Shown: positions 48,461 through 61,829, counted from the stretch's first letter. The stretch is DNA of 64,000 nucleotides from Macrostomum hystrix (GCA_950097015.1 CATNEN010000001.1:26722001-26786000); one strand, 5' to 3'. The notes: generated by a model from the sequence alone, not told the origin. Program-made: numbers and translations.

Positions 48461-48630
48461 ATTGGTCTGCCATTGGATCCATTCGTCGGCCGATTCTCAT
48501 TGGACGCGCGCGCCGAAAGCCGATGGGGAGCTGGGCTGGCCAATTAGGCAGTGCGGTGACGCAATGCTCGGCGCATTATCGAATAAACCTGTCACAAGCT
48601 GTTGCAGAACTCTATTTGATTGGACATTGG
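48461..48630 (-). promoter_or_regulatory. Cluster of six CCAAT/ATTGG boxes upstream of the GATA gene
   Basis: ATTGG at 48461, 48472, 48499, 48619, 48626; CCAAT at 48540. Confidence 0.4.
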
Positions 48631-48889
48631 ATGGGGTTTAGTGATGATCAGATGATGATCAGGTTGTTGCAAATGATTTCATATAATTAACTGAATGAAG
48701 ACAAATCTATTGCAGCATCTACAGATCATAGGATCATTGAAACTGCAATCACAGAAATGCTGATCAATTAAGCAGTTCGGGAGTTGATTCGGTAGAATAC
48801 TCATCTGATACATAGCTAGTCAAGCATGCTTTAAATTTATGTAGTTTCACAATTTATGTAAGACAAGTCATCAGTTGAAGGTCATCAGT

Positions 48890-49560
48890 ACCTGTAGATC
48901 TGTCATTACCCCATGATCTGTAGATCTGTCATTACCCCATGATTCGTAGATTGATCATTACCCAATGATCTGTAGAGATCACTCATTACCCCATGATCTG
49001 TAGAGATCACTCATTACCCCATGATCTGTAGAGATCAGTCATTACCCCATGATCCGTAGATTGATCATTACCCAATGATCTGTAGAGATTGGTCATTACC
49101 CCATGATCTGTAGATTGGTCATTACCCAATGATCTGTAGAGATTGGTCATTACCCAATGATCTGTAGATTGGTCATTACCCCCATGATCTGTAGAGATCG
49201 ATCATTACCCCATGATCTGCTGAGATCGGTCATTTCCCCATGATCTGTAGATTGGTCATTACCCCCATGATCTGTAGAGATTGGTCATTACCCCATGATC
49301 TGTAGATTGGTCATTACCCCCATGATCTGTAGAGATCGATCATTACCCCATGATCTGCTGAGATCGGTCATTTCCCCATGATCTGTAGATTGGTCATTAC
49401 CCCCCTGATCTGTAGAGATCGATCATTACCCCATGATCTGCTGAGATCGGTCATTACCCCATGATCCGTAGATTGGTCATTACCCCCCTGATCTGTAGAG
49501 ATTGGTCATTACCCCCCTGATCTGTAGAGATCGGTCATTAACCCATGATCTGTCATTACT
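48890..49560. repeat. ~24-29-bp degenerate minisatellite (TCATTACCCCATGATCTGTAGA..)
   Basis: Directly visible. Confidence 0.9.
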
Positions 49561-50240
49561 CTATGATATATAATTTGATAAGTAATAAATAGTCAGTCTA
49601 GACAGGCTCTATATTTACTTATCAACTTGCAGTTGAAGTCACAGAAAGTAAATCTTTAATTAAAAAGTTTTATTAAGTAAAAGAAGAAGCACTATAAGCG
49701 GTGAATCGCAAAGCAGGTCACACACACAATTTCCGTAAAGTGAGACTCATAATTTGAATTAGAAGACCACATCGGGCCATCATGATTCAGCACACTGTGC
49801 TGCAAATCTCACTAGAGATTACACTAATGCATTCCCGGATTCAATGGACCGAATAACGAACACATCCAATACTATTAGTGAATCATAAACTGAAAGAATT
49901 GCTTGTAAAAATAATCTCCCATAAACGAAGCGTTAATCCGGACAAGAGGCGCGGATAAACACACCAAATAGTTCCCATGAATTCTGGTTAAAATAACTTT
50001 CGTCTGTTAATGCATTATCCTTATTGTGCGAGAATATTCTTATAATTGTTTTTATTGCAGAATATTTACGAAGCAAAAGTAAAATAACCGCTGTAAATAA
50101 AAAATAGGTAAATATTGGCTTATTACAAAAACTAATAGACTTGAAGACCACCATAATGAGGAAATAAGATATGAATTGCACACATTCAGGTGTAAATGGA
50201 AACAACATATGAGATTCTGACATTCGCATTGACAAATTAT

Positions 50241-51557
50241 CCCACTCTGATCCCAATCTCACCCAGTCTGATCCCATCCCAATCTCACCCACTCTGATCC
50301 CATCCCAATCTCACCCAGTCTGATCCCATCCCAATCTCACCCACTCTGATCCCATCCCAATCTCACCCAGTCTGATCCCATCCCAATCTAACCCAGTCTG
50401 ATCCCATCCCAATCTCACCCAGTCTGATCCCATTCCAATCTAACCCAGTCTGATCCCATCCCAATCTCACCCAGTCTGATCCCATCCCAATCTAACCCAG
50501 TCTGATCCCATCCCAATCTCACCCAGTCTGATCCCATCCCAATCTCACCCAGTCTGATCCCATCTCAATCCCTTTCTGATCCCATCCCAATCTCACCCAG
50601 TCTGATCCCATCCCAATCTAACCCAGTCTGATCCCATCCCAATCTCACCCAGTCTGATCCCATCCCAATCTAACCCAGTCTGATCCCATCCCAATCTCAC
50701 CCAGTCTGATCCCATTCCAATCTAACCCAGTCTGATCCCATCCCAATCTCACCCAGTCTGATCCCATCCCAATCTAACCCAGTCTGATCCCATCCCAATC
50801 TCACCCAGTCTGATCCCATCCCAATCTCACCCAGTCTGATCCCATCTCAATCCCTTTCTGATCCCATCCCAATCTCACCCAGTCTGATCCCATCCCAATC
50901 TAACCCAGTCTGATCCCATCCCAATCTCACCCACTCTGATCCCATCCCAATCTAACCCAGTCTGATCCCATCCCAATCTCACCCAGTCTGATCCCATCCC
51001 AATCTAACCCAGTCTGATCCCATCCCAATCTCAACCAGTCTGATCCCATCTCAATCCCTTTCTGATCCCATCTCAATCTCACCCAGTCTGATCCCATCCC
51101 AATCTCACCCAGTCTGATCCCATCCCAATTTCACCCAGTCTGATCCCATCCCAATCTCACCCAGTCTGATCCCATCTCAATCTCACCCAGTCTGATCCCA
51201 TCCCAATCTCACCCAGTCTGATCCCATCCCAATCTCACCCAGTCTGATCCCATCTCAATCCCTTTCTGATCCCATCCCAATCTCACCCAGTCTGATCCCA
51301 TCTCAATCCCTTTCTGATCTTATCCCAATCTCACCCAGTCTAATCCTATCTCAATCTCACCCAGTCTGATCCCATCCCAATCTCACCTACTCTGATCCCA
51401 TCTCAATCCTACCCACTATGATCCCATCTCAATCCAACCCACTATGATCCCATCTCAATCCAACCCACTATGATCCCATCTCAATCCAACCCACTATGAT
51501 CCCATCTCAATCCTACCCACTATGATCCCATCTCAATCCAACCCACTCTGATCCCAT
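50241..51557. repeat. 26-bp minisatellite (CCAGTCTGATCCCATCCCAATCTCAC)n
   Basis: Directly visible; ends ~30 bp from the AMDHD1 stop codon. Confidence 0.95.
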
Positions 51558-51588
51558 CGCATTTTTCCCTCCCATCGCTGATCCCAGT

Positions 51589-52908
51589 CTACAGTTTGAC
51601 CAGGCGGCCGCGGCTGCACACAGTCCTGAGCAGGCTGTCCGAGTCTCCCAGCTGGTAGAAGGCGTGCTCCCATCGGGGTGCAGCCAGCACCACAAAGTCA
51701 GCCAGCTTGCCAACCTCCAGGCTGCCGGTGTCGCTGGACCGGCCGAGCGCGGCGGCGGCATTCAAAGTGCAGGCGCTGAGAGCCTCCTCCATGGTCAGGC
51801 CGAAATCCACGCAGGCCAAGTGACCGACGAGCGGCATGCTCAGGCAGTGCGCGTTCGGATTGAAGTCGCTGCCGAGGGCCAGCGCGCATCCGGCCTCGAT
51901 CATCTGGCGGGCGGGCGGGGCTGGCAGGTGCAGCAGCCGGGCGGTGGTGGGCAGGAGGACGGCCACCGTGTCGCTGGCTGCCATGGCGGTGATACCTTCA
52001 GCTGACACGAACTCCAGGTGCGAGGCGGCCGCAGCACCGACGCTGCTGGCCATGGCAGCTCCGCCCTGATCGCTGAGCTCATCAACGTGGACATTGGCCC
52101 GGAGGTCCGGCAGGGCGGCTGTCAGGATTCTAGACGATTCGAAGGCCGAAAACACGCCGCGCTCACAGAAGACGTCGATTTGGTCGGCCGAGATGCCACC
52201 GGCTTGGCGAAGGGCCAGCACGCGCGGCACGTGCTCCGCTGCGACCTCGGCGGCGAATTCCGCGGCGTCGCAGCCAGGAGGAACCGCGTGGCCGGCCAAG
52301 TAGGTCACGGACAGGCTCACCGGACAGTCGGGCCTGGAGGCCGCCTCGGACAGCAGGCGAAGCAACCGCAGCTCAGCCTCCAGCGTCAGGCCGTAGCCGG
52401 ATTTCGCTTCGGCAAGGGTGGTCCCGTGGCGGCTCATTGCTGCCAGGCGGTTGCTAAGCAACTCGGCCAGCTCAGCGTCGCTAGCCTCGGCCGTGGCGCG
52501 CACAGTGAAGTGAATGCCACCGCCAGCAGCGTGGATGTCCATGTAGGAGGCACCGGCCAGCTTCATGGCGAACTCGTGCACCCGGTCGCCAGCCCACACG
52601 GGGTGGGTGTGAGCATCCACGAAGCCGGGCATGATGACGCAGCCGCTGGCGTCAATCCGGGTCTCGATGACCGCCCTGCCGGCTAGGCGGGTCTCGACCT
52701 CCTCGGTGAGGCCCAAGTCCACGATGCGGCCCGTGGCCGGGTCGAATGCCAGGGCGAAGTTGACCGAGGCATCGCCGCTGAGGATCACCGGGTGGCGCAT
52801 GTCGGCTCCTCGCAGCCGGTCTCTGCCATCAGAGGCGATCTGAACCAGCTGCTTGGCTGAATGCACCAGCGTCAGGCGCGGCAGAGGCGGCTGCTCATCC
52901 TGAGACAT
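51589..52908 (-). CDS. AMDHD1: Imidazolonepropionase (amidohydrolase domain-containing 1, HutI), intronless
   Basis: PGFVDAHTHPVWAGDRVHEFAMKLAGASYMDIH..GGGIHFTV, EAKSGYG, DVFCE.G.F, HVDEL, SHLE, ALGSDFNP, GSLEVGK.AD; likely ATG at 52908. Confidence 0.93.
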   Translation of the reverse strand: MSQDEQPPLPRLTLVHSAKQLVQIASDGRDRLRGADMRHPVILSGDASVNFALAFDPATGRIVDLGLTEEVETRLAGRAVIETRIDASGCVIMPGFVDAHTHPVWAGDRVHEFAMKLAGASYMDIHAAGGGIHFTVRATAEASDAELAELLSNRLAAMSRHGTTLAEAKSGYGLTLEAELRLLRLLSEAASRPDCPVSLSVTYLAGHAVPPGCDAAEFAAEVAAEHVPRVLALRQAGGISADQIDVFCERGVFSAFESSRILTAALPDLRANVHVDELSDQGGAAMASSVGAAAASHLEFVSAEGITAMAASDTVAVLLPTTARLLHLPAPPARQMIEAGCALALGSDFNPNAHCLSMPLVGHLACVDFGLTMEEALSACTLNAAAALGRSSDTGSLEVGKLADFVVLAAPRWEHAFYQLGDSDSLLRTVCSRGRLVKL

Positions 52909-53909
52909 GCTTGCTGGAAGGCAACACAAGAATGGCATCATATAGCAAACAGAAGGCTTATTTAAGAAAATGTTATTCCTCCATAACTAGGCCAGAAGTC
53001 AGTCAAACTAGGCAGCCAGGCTTGTCCAATTTGTGTCAATTTCTAATAACTCTCTATTCAGCTATACAAGGCCCAACTTGGGACCCGACTAATTAAAACA
53101 GAAAATATTGCGCACCGCGCGAACTGCTTACGAGCTGGAGGTGCCAACACAACAAGCTGTGGGGAAGCAGTTTCTGTAGGGCCAATTAAGGCATAACTCG
53201 GCACTGCTCGCACAGGATCCTCAGCCCCACCCACAAGAGCCGGATGACCTGCTTTCCATTCCTCCTTTCTTACATGATTAGCTTCAAATTCCCTGGCCAG
53301 GTAGAACAAGATCTTATCCTGACTGCAGCATCCCACAGGGGTGAGGCAATACGGCGCTTTGGCTTGCCATAACAAACCGAAGCGAAATCGGAAATAGCTT
53401 GTTATCAAGCAAAATTAGTCAAAACCAATGCAATAAATTTGACATCGATTGCCCCCGAATTTCTGCACCAAGCCACTCCTCGCACTGACCCCCGGCCCTG
53501 TAGCCTTGATTTCTTTGAGAGTGCAAAGCCATCTTGATAAAGATGCGGCCGTTTCAATGTTGCGCAGAACAAGAAATTGATAGGCGCAAATGCCGAGGGA
53601 TTTTCACTGGAACCACAGCATGTAGACATTGTGCCCGCATTTATGGGGTGAGGCTGGCAAAAATAACTTGCAACTGTGCGGCCATTAATACTGCATCTTG
53701 GCTTTGTACGAAGCTATGCGTCTAAATATACATAGTCTAGCATTTGTTAACAAATACAACAGCATGTTCCTCCATTCAGAAAACATAGGAGATAACAAGA
53801 AAATTGATAGATACAGCACATCAACAGGATAGGCAAACTTGGAGACACCCGAGGAAAGCTGAAAAAATACGTTGAAGGATATGAACAGGAAAAAGGACCG
53901 ACAGTGGAT

Positions 53910-54428
53910 AGAGAAACGAGAGAGTATAGGGGAGAAACGAGAGAGTATAGGGGAGAAACGAGAGAGGGTAGGGGAGAAACGAGAGAGTATAGGGGAGAAA
54001 CGAGAGAGGGTAGAGGAGAAACGAGAGAGGGTAGGGGAGAAACGAGGAGGGTAGGGGAGAAACGAGAGAGAGGGTAGGGGAGAAACGAGGAGGGTAGGGG
54101 AGAAACGAGGAGGGTAGGGGAGAAACGAGAGAGAGGGTAGGGGAGAAACGAGAGAGAGGGTAGGGGAGAAACGAGGAGGGTAGGGGAGAAACGAGAGAGA
54201 GGGTAGGGGAGAAACGAGAGAGAGGGTAGGGGAGAAACGAGAGAGAGGGTAGGGGAGAAACGAGGAGGGTAGGGAAGAAACGAGAGAGGGTAGGGGAGAA
54301 ACGAGAGAGAGGGTAGGGGAGAAACGAGAGAGAGGGTAGGGGAGAAACGAGGAGGGTAGGGGAGAAACGAGGAGGGTAGGGAAGAAACGAGAGAGGGTAA
54401 GGGAGAAACGGAGACGGTAGGGGAGAAA
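53910..54428. repeat. Purine-rich ~21-25-bp minisatellite (GGGGAGAAACGAGAGAGGGTA)n
   Basis: Directly visible. Confidence 0.9.
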
Positions 54429-56350
54429 TGAGAGATTGTACTTGGGAATAGTTAGGAATAGATGGCGATAGATGGGGATTGTTAGTTGGCGATAAAACGT
54501 GAATGAGTAGGAAAAAACGGGAAAAATCTGCTGTTGCGGTAATAAACAAGCTCCATCATACCCACCGGTCTAACAGGCAGAGGCGGATGGACAGACAGGT
54601 GGAGAAGAGAGTGGGATGAGATAAGCAGTGAAAATAGTTCAGTTTTGATGCAACAATTTACGATCACACTGAAATGCGTACAAACAGAAAATTAAATTTC
54701 AGATTAAAATGCTGTTTAAAGAAACGATCCCAAAATCACCTGTTGCTAGGGGCTTCGGAGGCTGCACAGCAAGGACTAAATCGGCCAACTTTATAGCCAG
54801 AACCAGACAGCGTCACGATTGCGAAGAGCCAAACTTTTAGGGGCAGAAAAAACTAAAATTGTTGAACGCGACAATAATAAAACCGGACCAATAAATTGCT
54901 TATCTAATCCGTTGGAGAGGGATTATAATAAAATTGTTCCCCTCTGATTATCACACGGTTGAAGGGGGGAGAATAAACACACGATGCGAAAAAACTTGCA
55001 GCAGAGATTTCTGCCCGTGTTCGGCTGGTTTTAGAGGCACAATGAGTGAAATGTCACGCTGGCACATAAATTATTTGAATTAACCAGCGCTCTGCTAACA
55101 ATAACGGCTGGGTTAAAACCCCGTCACCCTCCATCTGATCCCCAAAATTCTAGTCTTCATCTGCCCAGGTAGGAGGGCGGAGGGGAGGTGACATTTCTAG
55201 GCAACAGAAATTCCCACCCTGAAAATTCCCCTTTAGCTGAATCCGGGAAGAGAGCGCGTATGCAGAGCATAAATATAATAAATATGCCTGGCGTAAAGTG
55301 CCAGGGGCACAACCTTGCTTTACATAAGCAATGACCAACTGCTATCTGTGAAGTCACTGTCAAAGCTGCTGTTAGTATTGAAAAAGCTGACATTTTATAG
55401 CATAGGTCGCTTCGGAAAGCTAGTTACTAGTTACTGTCAGAGTAACCACACGACCACAAGAGAAACCGAATGACAATATTGCATCTGGTAAGGACTGAAG
55501 CAAAAGTATGGAAGGCTCGCATATACGGACTAGGAGACCACTCGAGTCAGGATAATCGCTGCTGCATCGTCCTATGCGGCAATATATACACACACGACCA
55601 ACCCCAAATATATTATAGTCCTCCCCATCAAAGCTTTTCCACTTGTTGTTGCCAATTTACGGCGGGACATTGGGCCGAGTCACTGGCGGCGGGCATCAAA
55701 AAAGTAGCTAGTGGCAGGCAGGCAGGCGGCATGGGGTCGCGTACAGTCCCAGACATTGCCCTCCTATCCACTTTGTCGGGCCAAACGTTTTTACTTTATT
55801 CCTTCGGTGAAGAAGGAAAACTGACCCGGAATTACGCATGCAAAGATATTGAAACTCAGGAGAGTGCAATGGGAGCCATGGGATTTTATCCATTTTTATC
55901 CCCTGGTCAAGGGGAGACCAGTTGCTAACCTCGAATAAACTGAATTCCTGAAAGCCTCTGAAGAATTCAAGTATTTCAGTTGCCAAGCCTGCAGTAGTGT
56001 GAGAACTGTTCAATGATGAGATTAAACCATAGGCCTATACGAGCTATAACTATTGCGTTTAGCATCGAGTGTTTGAAGGTATTTTTGGTTGCTAAGTGAA
56101 GCAGATCTGCTTGAATAAGAACTTGATCGTGTTTTCTTGTAAACACATGATTATAGCAGCATGATTGACAGGTGGGTCGTCCTATCGGCCAATGTGAAAA
56201 TGGTCAAACAGGCAGATCGCACTCGAGTCTCGACATAGTTTTGCAAACACGGCGCCAAGAACCGATATGTCAATGCGAAGAATAATGGAGTCAAGAAGAG
56301 ATCATAAAAAAATTTATGAAAAGAAAAACACGTTGCTAACTTATGTTCTA

Positions 56351-56670
56351 GGGGGGGGGCGAGTGGCAGAGCGGTTAACACGTTTGCCTCCCATGCAGCA
56401 AAGTCCCTAAGCTCGATTCCGCAGCTCTTTTGGAGCGCATGCAGCCGAGGAGTGAAGGCTTGGGGGCTTGTCGTGCAATTTACGCCTTTGGGGGCAAATC
56501 TACACGGCAAAGTGAGAGTGTACACTGCCTGACGCTGAGAAAGTAAGACAGATGTACACACCTGTGTGCGTGTGTGCTCAGGAGTCTCGAAATGGGCAGA
56601 ATTGCCTCCTCGCTGGCTGCGGGTCTAGTGTCACCAAATGATGTGCCATTGCACGCAGCCGTCCTGCAAT
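56351..56670 (+). mobile_element. SINE family A, full length
   Basis: Head GGGGGCGAGTGGCAGAGCGG..GCTCGATTCC; shared body; AT-rich tail. Confidence 0.85.
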
Positions 56671-58003
56671 TAACATTATTATTATTCTTATTAATTTCTG
56701 TTCCAGGAAATGAGGTAATTAACTGGAGTAGTCTACACATATGCTACACTATGCTATACTAAATTCTAGATGTCACATCAGATCATTGACCAGTGCCTAA
56801 AAATGATTGAGAGACCCAGTCTAGAGCTGTAGAGCACACAAGTCAAGCCCCATAAAACATTGAATCCATTGTCATTTATTCATGCATTTGATTATCTTTA
56901 TCTATTTTCCAAATGCCATTTAGCCGACCACAAAGCTAAAAGCGTTTGAAAATTTTTCTTCAACCCGGCATTTGCGGTGTTTAGAGATTTTTAAAAGGAA
57001 AAATTTTTGTTCAACCGATAAAACAGCCTTTTTATCTAGGCGGTGAAAGCCTCACAAAGCCTCGGGTACAGTTGCATTGGGCTGATCTAATTGACGACTG
57101 CCAGACTGTCAAAAAAGCTCCCGAGGGATACCGAGGAGCATTGTGCGGAGTGGGAAAACAAACAACATCTGCGCCAGCTTTATCACTCTCTGCGTCTCGC
57201 CGCAACTTCGGCAGAGGATGGGATCATGATAGACTTGAGTTTTCTTTTCCCAACCGTGATTGATCGGCATTTGACCCTGCGCTGCCGCCAACCCCCCGGG
57301 GGATGTTCATAGTTTTTGTTCGCGAATTCTAGACGAACAAAACAAGGAAAACATTTATTCTAAGCGGCGGGTGGGGGGCAATTAGAGGGGCTATTGTTTT
57401 CAGATTTTTCTTTGCCAGAAAGAAGTCAAAGAAATTTAGCTTGTTCACGAAAAAATGTTTTTTGTATATTAGCAAAAAATCGACTGCTTCAGTACAGTAA
57501 CAGAGCGTTGAGAAATAAAACATAGAAAATAACGTTAACGCGCTTGATAAATCTGTGTAACAACCTGTAGGCCTGTGTTAGATTTATAACAATGTAATTT
57601 AAGAGGTCAGTTTTCTTTACACTGAAGCTACGCCAAGCATTACTGTTATTGTAACAAATCTATCACTAACATAATGAAAGTGCAATAGGAACACAAGCAC
57701 AGAAGAACAGGCCAAGTGTGGTACACGATAGGAAAAGGACAAAATGCACTCGGCGCCTTGCATGCGTAGAACGAGCAACAGATGAAAATATTGAGAAAAC
57801 TGAACGGATTCTGGATCGAATTATTCCTTTGTTCGTTTCCAATTCGCTGAAATCTAAAGTTTTCCAGTTTTACCTGTTCGACCGGCACAGCAATTTGGTA
57901 AGTGCTGTTGATTATTAAAACACGAATGAGTACGCGACAGACCTTCTATCAAACAAACAGCATGCTTAGTTGCCTAGGCCTCTATCAGCTTGGCAAAGGA
58001 TGG

Positions 58004-58648
58004 TCACTTCTTCTTCTTCTTGCCTCCCTTCTTGCCCTTCTTGCCGCTCTTCTTGCCTCCCTTCTTGCCCTTCTTCTTGGCGTCGCCGGACTTCGGCTTG
58101 GGGATAGCGTAGGCTGGCACCAGGGGCACCTCCAGTGTCTGCACCAGGTGGTCCACAGTCGGCATGGTGCCGGTGGCGGCCTGTCTCAGCACCGTCCACG
58201 TGTCCGAGTTGTAGCTGGCCAGGTCGATCGGGGCGAGGCCGGTTCGAGTCAGAGCGTCGAGCCGAGCTTCGGACATGATGAGGAACTTCACCACCTGCAG
58301 GTGATGGTACTTGGCGGCCAGGTGCAGGGCGGTGACGCCGTTCCAGTCGCGATAGTTGACATCGGCGCCGTTGGCGACCAGCAGCTTGACGGCTTCGTAG
58401 TGACCGGATTTGGCCGCGCGCATCAGAGCGGTGCGGCCCAGGGCGTCCAGACAGTTGACAGTCTCCAGCCGGGGCCATTTGATCTCAAGATTTTCAATCT
58501 CGCTGATCAGCTTGCCTAGAGTTTTGCAGTCGCCATCTTCAGCAGCCTGACATAGCAGCTCCTCTTTGGGATTGGTGACGCGCAGTTTTGGCACCGCCGT
58601 AGCTGCATCGGCGTTCGCACCGCCGGCTTCTGGCTTCTCAACTGTCAT
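58004..58648 (-). CDS. Small ankyrin-repeat protein with Lys/Gly-rich C-terminal tail
   Basis: GRTALMRAAKSGHYEAVKLLVANGADVN, GVTALHLAA..H..VVKFL, G.APIDLA; C-terminus KKKGKKGGKK... Confidence 0.88.
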   Translation of the reverse strand: MTVEKPEAGGANADAATAVPKLRVTNPKEELLCQAAEDGDCKTLGKLISEIENLEIKWPRLETVNCLDALGRTALMRAAKSGHYEAVKLLVANGADVNYRDWNGVTALHLAAKYHHLQVVKFLIMSEARLDALTRTGLAPIDLASYNSDTWTVLRQAATGTMPTVDHLVQTLEVPLVPAYAIPKPKSGDAKKKGKKGGKKSGKKGKKGGKKKKK

Positions 58649-60092
58649 TCAATCTGTCACTCGCTCAGTTTCCGCTAATAAATTTTGTTTAGCAGCCCAA
58701 GTGGAATGGTTTGTCTAGTAAAATTCTTCAAAGCAATTTGATTTAAACTCGTGCGCAAAGCTCAGATAGCATTAAAGCCATAGCCCAAAGGCAAGAGAAG
58801 GTTGTTATGACAACCCTCTCTACTCTCACTGCCATTCTCGGCCTGTCCTTCCTTACCACCCTAATAGCCTTAGATTGGCAGAGACCCTAGACAGTGAGCG
58901 CGCCAGACAGTGAGAATGCGGGTGGGTTTGGGGGTTGGAGGTGTGAAGAGCAGACGGGTCGGGCTAGGATGGGGGGAAGAAATCTAATGTACATTCACAT
59001 TCAAACCCTTCTTATCAGTGCGCGGTGCGAGAGCAGAGCAATGTACATGATGGATTAAATTTTAGAAATCGACAGCCATAAAAGCTGAACAAAATATTTT
59101 TTAATTTCGATGACGCTAACTAAACAAGTAAGAAATTTTTGTTCTAGAAATAAGCGGAAAGATAAGTCAACGATTGGTTAATAATTTAATATGACAGACG
59201 GACAAATAAAATTAATAATGAATATTGTGTGTATTTCAGAGTAAAATTACCCATGGCAGATCCAAATTTTCAATCCGAATTACACTAGACAGAAATTAAA
59301 ACGTGAAAAAGATGTGTTAGTTAGGTGGTTTATCAGGGTCCATTTGGGTAATTAAAATCGTCTGTAGTTATACAACATAGAAGAAAAAAGAGAAAAGTGG
59401 TTGTAACCTTATCGAAATTAGTTAATCGAATCTGGATTAATCACTACAAATAGTTCGTGAATTATGGAGTACTCGTAAATATCAATGAAAATATAGAACA
59501 ATATGCTCAGCGTGTACGTGAAAGAATTGTATTCGAATCGAAATGACTCAACTGAAATTAACCACAGATTAGAAAAAAATCAAACAAAAATAAAAAGAAA
59601 TGAACGAACGGTGATTTAATTCTGGCTAAATAACTGAGATTGAGAAAATAACTGGTTATCTGTATAAACGTATGAATATGAACTAACTTTATATTAAACC
59701 GATGGTTAAGGGAGTACTCGATGATTCGACACATTTGATAAAAAAGTTTTATGCTTTTTGTGCTACTGTCAGTAGGGTTAAATGTTTATTATTATTATTT
59801 AACTATAAGTCGAATCATTCTTTTCTCTTTGTTATAATGATTGAATAGGAAAATCAATGCAAACATATATTATAGATCCCAGAAACCAAATAGACTTTTG
59901 TAAGTCGATAAACAGACAAACAGGCAGAAATTGTGGATACCACGAAACAAGCACAAGGCAAACTTTTAACCCTGAAGGTATGAATAACTATTTATCATTT
60001 TCTGGATAAAATATAGTCCACATGGTGTACAAAATAGTTTTAAACAAAACGGTCAAATTTTAAGAATGGCATTGTCGACAATGTCGGCAGCT

Positions 60093-61790
60093 TCAAACAC
60101 TCGGCGAATCCAAGCCTTCTACGCTGTGGCTGCCTCTGCGATCGCTGTCTCTCATCTGCTGCTTGATTGAGCTCAGCATTTTCTGCGGGTGATGGAGAGG
60201 CAGACGGAGGCTGCTGCAGCGGACATTGTACCATGGAAACGGGCTAATGACCGACTTGAACACAGGGGAACGGGGTAATGGCCGACTTGAACACAGGGGA
60301 ACGGGGTAATGACCGACTTGAACACAGGGGAACGGGGGTAATGACCGACTTGAACACAGGGGAACAGGGTAATGACCGACTTGAACACAGGGGAACGGGG
60401 TAATGACCGACTTGAACACAGGGGAACAGGGTAATGACCGACTTGAACACAGGGGAACAGGGTAATGACCGACTCAAACACAGGGTAATAACCGACTAAA
60501 AGACAGGGAATGGGGTAATGACCGACTCAAAGACAGGGAATGGGGTAATGACCGACTCAAAGACAGGAAATGGGGTAATGACCGACTCAAACACAGGGAA
60601 TGGGGTAATGACGGACTCTAAGACAGGAATGGGGTAATGACCGACTCAAAGAAAAGGAATGGGGTTATGACCGACTCAAAGACAGGGAATGGGGTAATGA
60701 CCGACTCAAAGACAGGGAATGGGGTAATGACCGACTCAAATACAGGGTAATGACCGACTCAAAGAGAGGGAATGGGGTAATGACCGACTCAAAGAAGGCA
60801 ATGATTGACTCAAGAACAGGGTAATAACCGACTCAAATACAGGGTAATAACCGACTCAAAGACAGGGAATGGGGTAATGACCGACTCAAAGACAGGGTAA
60901 TGGGGAAATGACCGACTCAAAGACAGGGTAATGGGGTAATGACCGACTCAAAGAAAAGGAATGGGGTAATAACCGACTCAAAGACAGGGAATGGGTAATG
61001 ACCGACTCAAAGACAGGGTAATGGGGTAATGACCGACTCAAAGAAAAGGAATGGGGTAATGACCGACTCAAACAAAAGTGAATGGAGTAATGACTGACCA
61101 GAAAAAACAGAATGAGGCAATGACTGGCTAAAAGGGGAGCACATATTGTTGAGATTAATGAAGACATTTAAAAGTACTTTAAGCCAATATTTATTCCGCT
61201 GAAGGAAAGCGTCTCTGACAGGTGGTAAACGGCACACGGCCTACAAGCAAAGCAGCGGCAGCAGCCAGCACTCACCCTGGCCCAGTCTGGTGAAGTGTTG
61301 ACACTGCAGACCTCGTTAGATGGAGAGCGTAGGCTAAGTCCGCCCAGCAGAGTCTTGCGCTTCTTGGCCTTCAGCACCAGCTCGAAGCCGGTTCTGGTCT
61401 CTCTGGCGTCCTCAATTTGGTCCCAGGTGTAGTGCGAGTCGCAGGACCAGGTGGCCAAGATGTCGGCCCGGCGGGCCAGCAGGAATCGAAAGTTTGTGAC
61501 CACAGCAACCACGGGCGATTTCGATTTGATATCGTTGACGAAGCAGTGGATGCAGTAGACCTCCTTCAGTATGGGTTTGGTGGCCTGCTGCAGGATGGTG
61601 TACCCGGCAGCTTCCATGCGCCTGTAGTACACCAGCCGGCTGTTTGGCCGGATGTAGCGCGGGTCGCGCACTCGGCGCGGCACATCGGACAGGTCGGCGA
61701 CTCGCTGCACCGTGTAGAAGGTGTCGCTGGCGAAGTCGACAACTGCGCCAACTGGCCGGCTGACAACGCCGACGAGGCCTTTGCCGACGC
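60093..61790 (-). CDS. VPS13: VPS13 (A/C-type) 3'-terminal exons; the gene continues upstream
   Basis: Exon 61790-61276 (GVGKGLVGVVSRPVGAVVDFASDTF...RVRDPRYI...Y...EAAGY.IL, PH-like VVTNFRFLL) and last exon 60182-60093 (KMLSSIKQQM...stop), phase-compatible. Confidence 0.82.
60240..61100. repeat. ~30-bp minisatellite (TAATGACCGACT...GGGG)n filling the last VPS13 intron
   Basis: Directly visible. Confidence 0.9.
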
Positions 61791-61829
61791 CTGGGGGAAG
61801 AATGGTGTTGGTGAATGATGTAAAATGAT

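Noticed and set aside
51589-52908. Bacterial hutI acquired by horizontal transfer (intronless, very GC-rich)
   Set aside because: The motif HTHPVWAG.RVHEFAMKLAGA.YM.IH..GGGIHFTV is the animal AMDHD1 type, and other host exons here are also GC-rich
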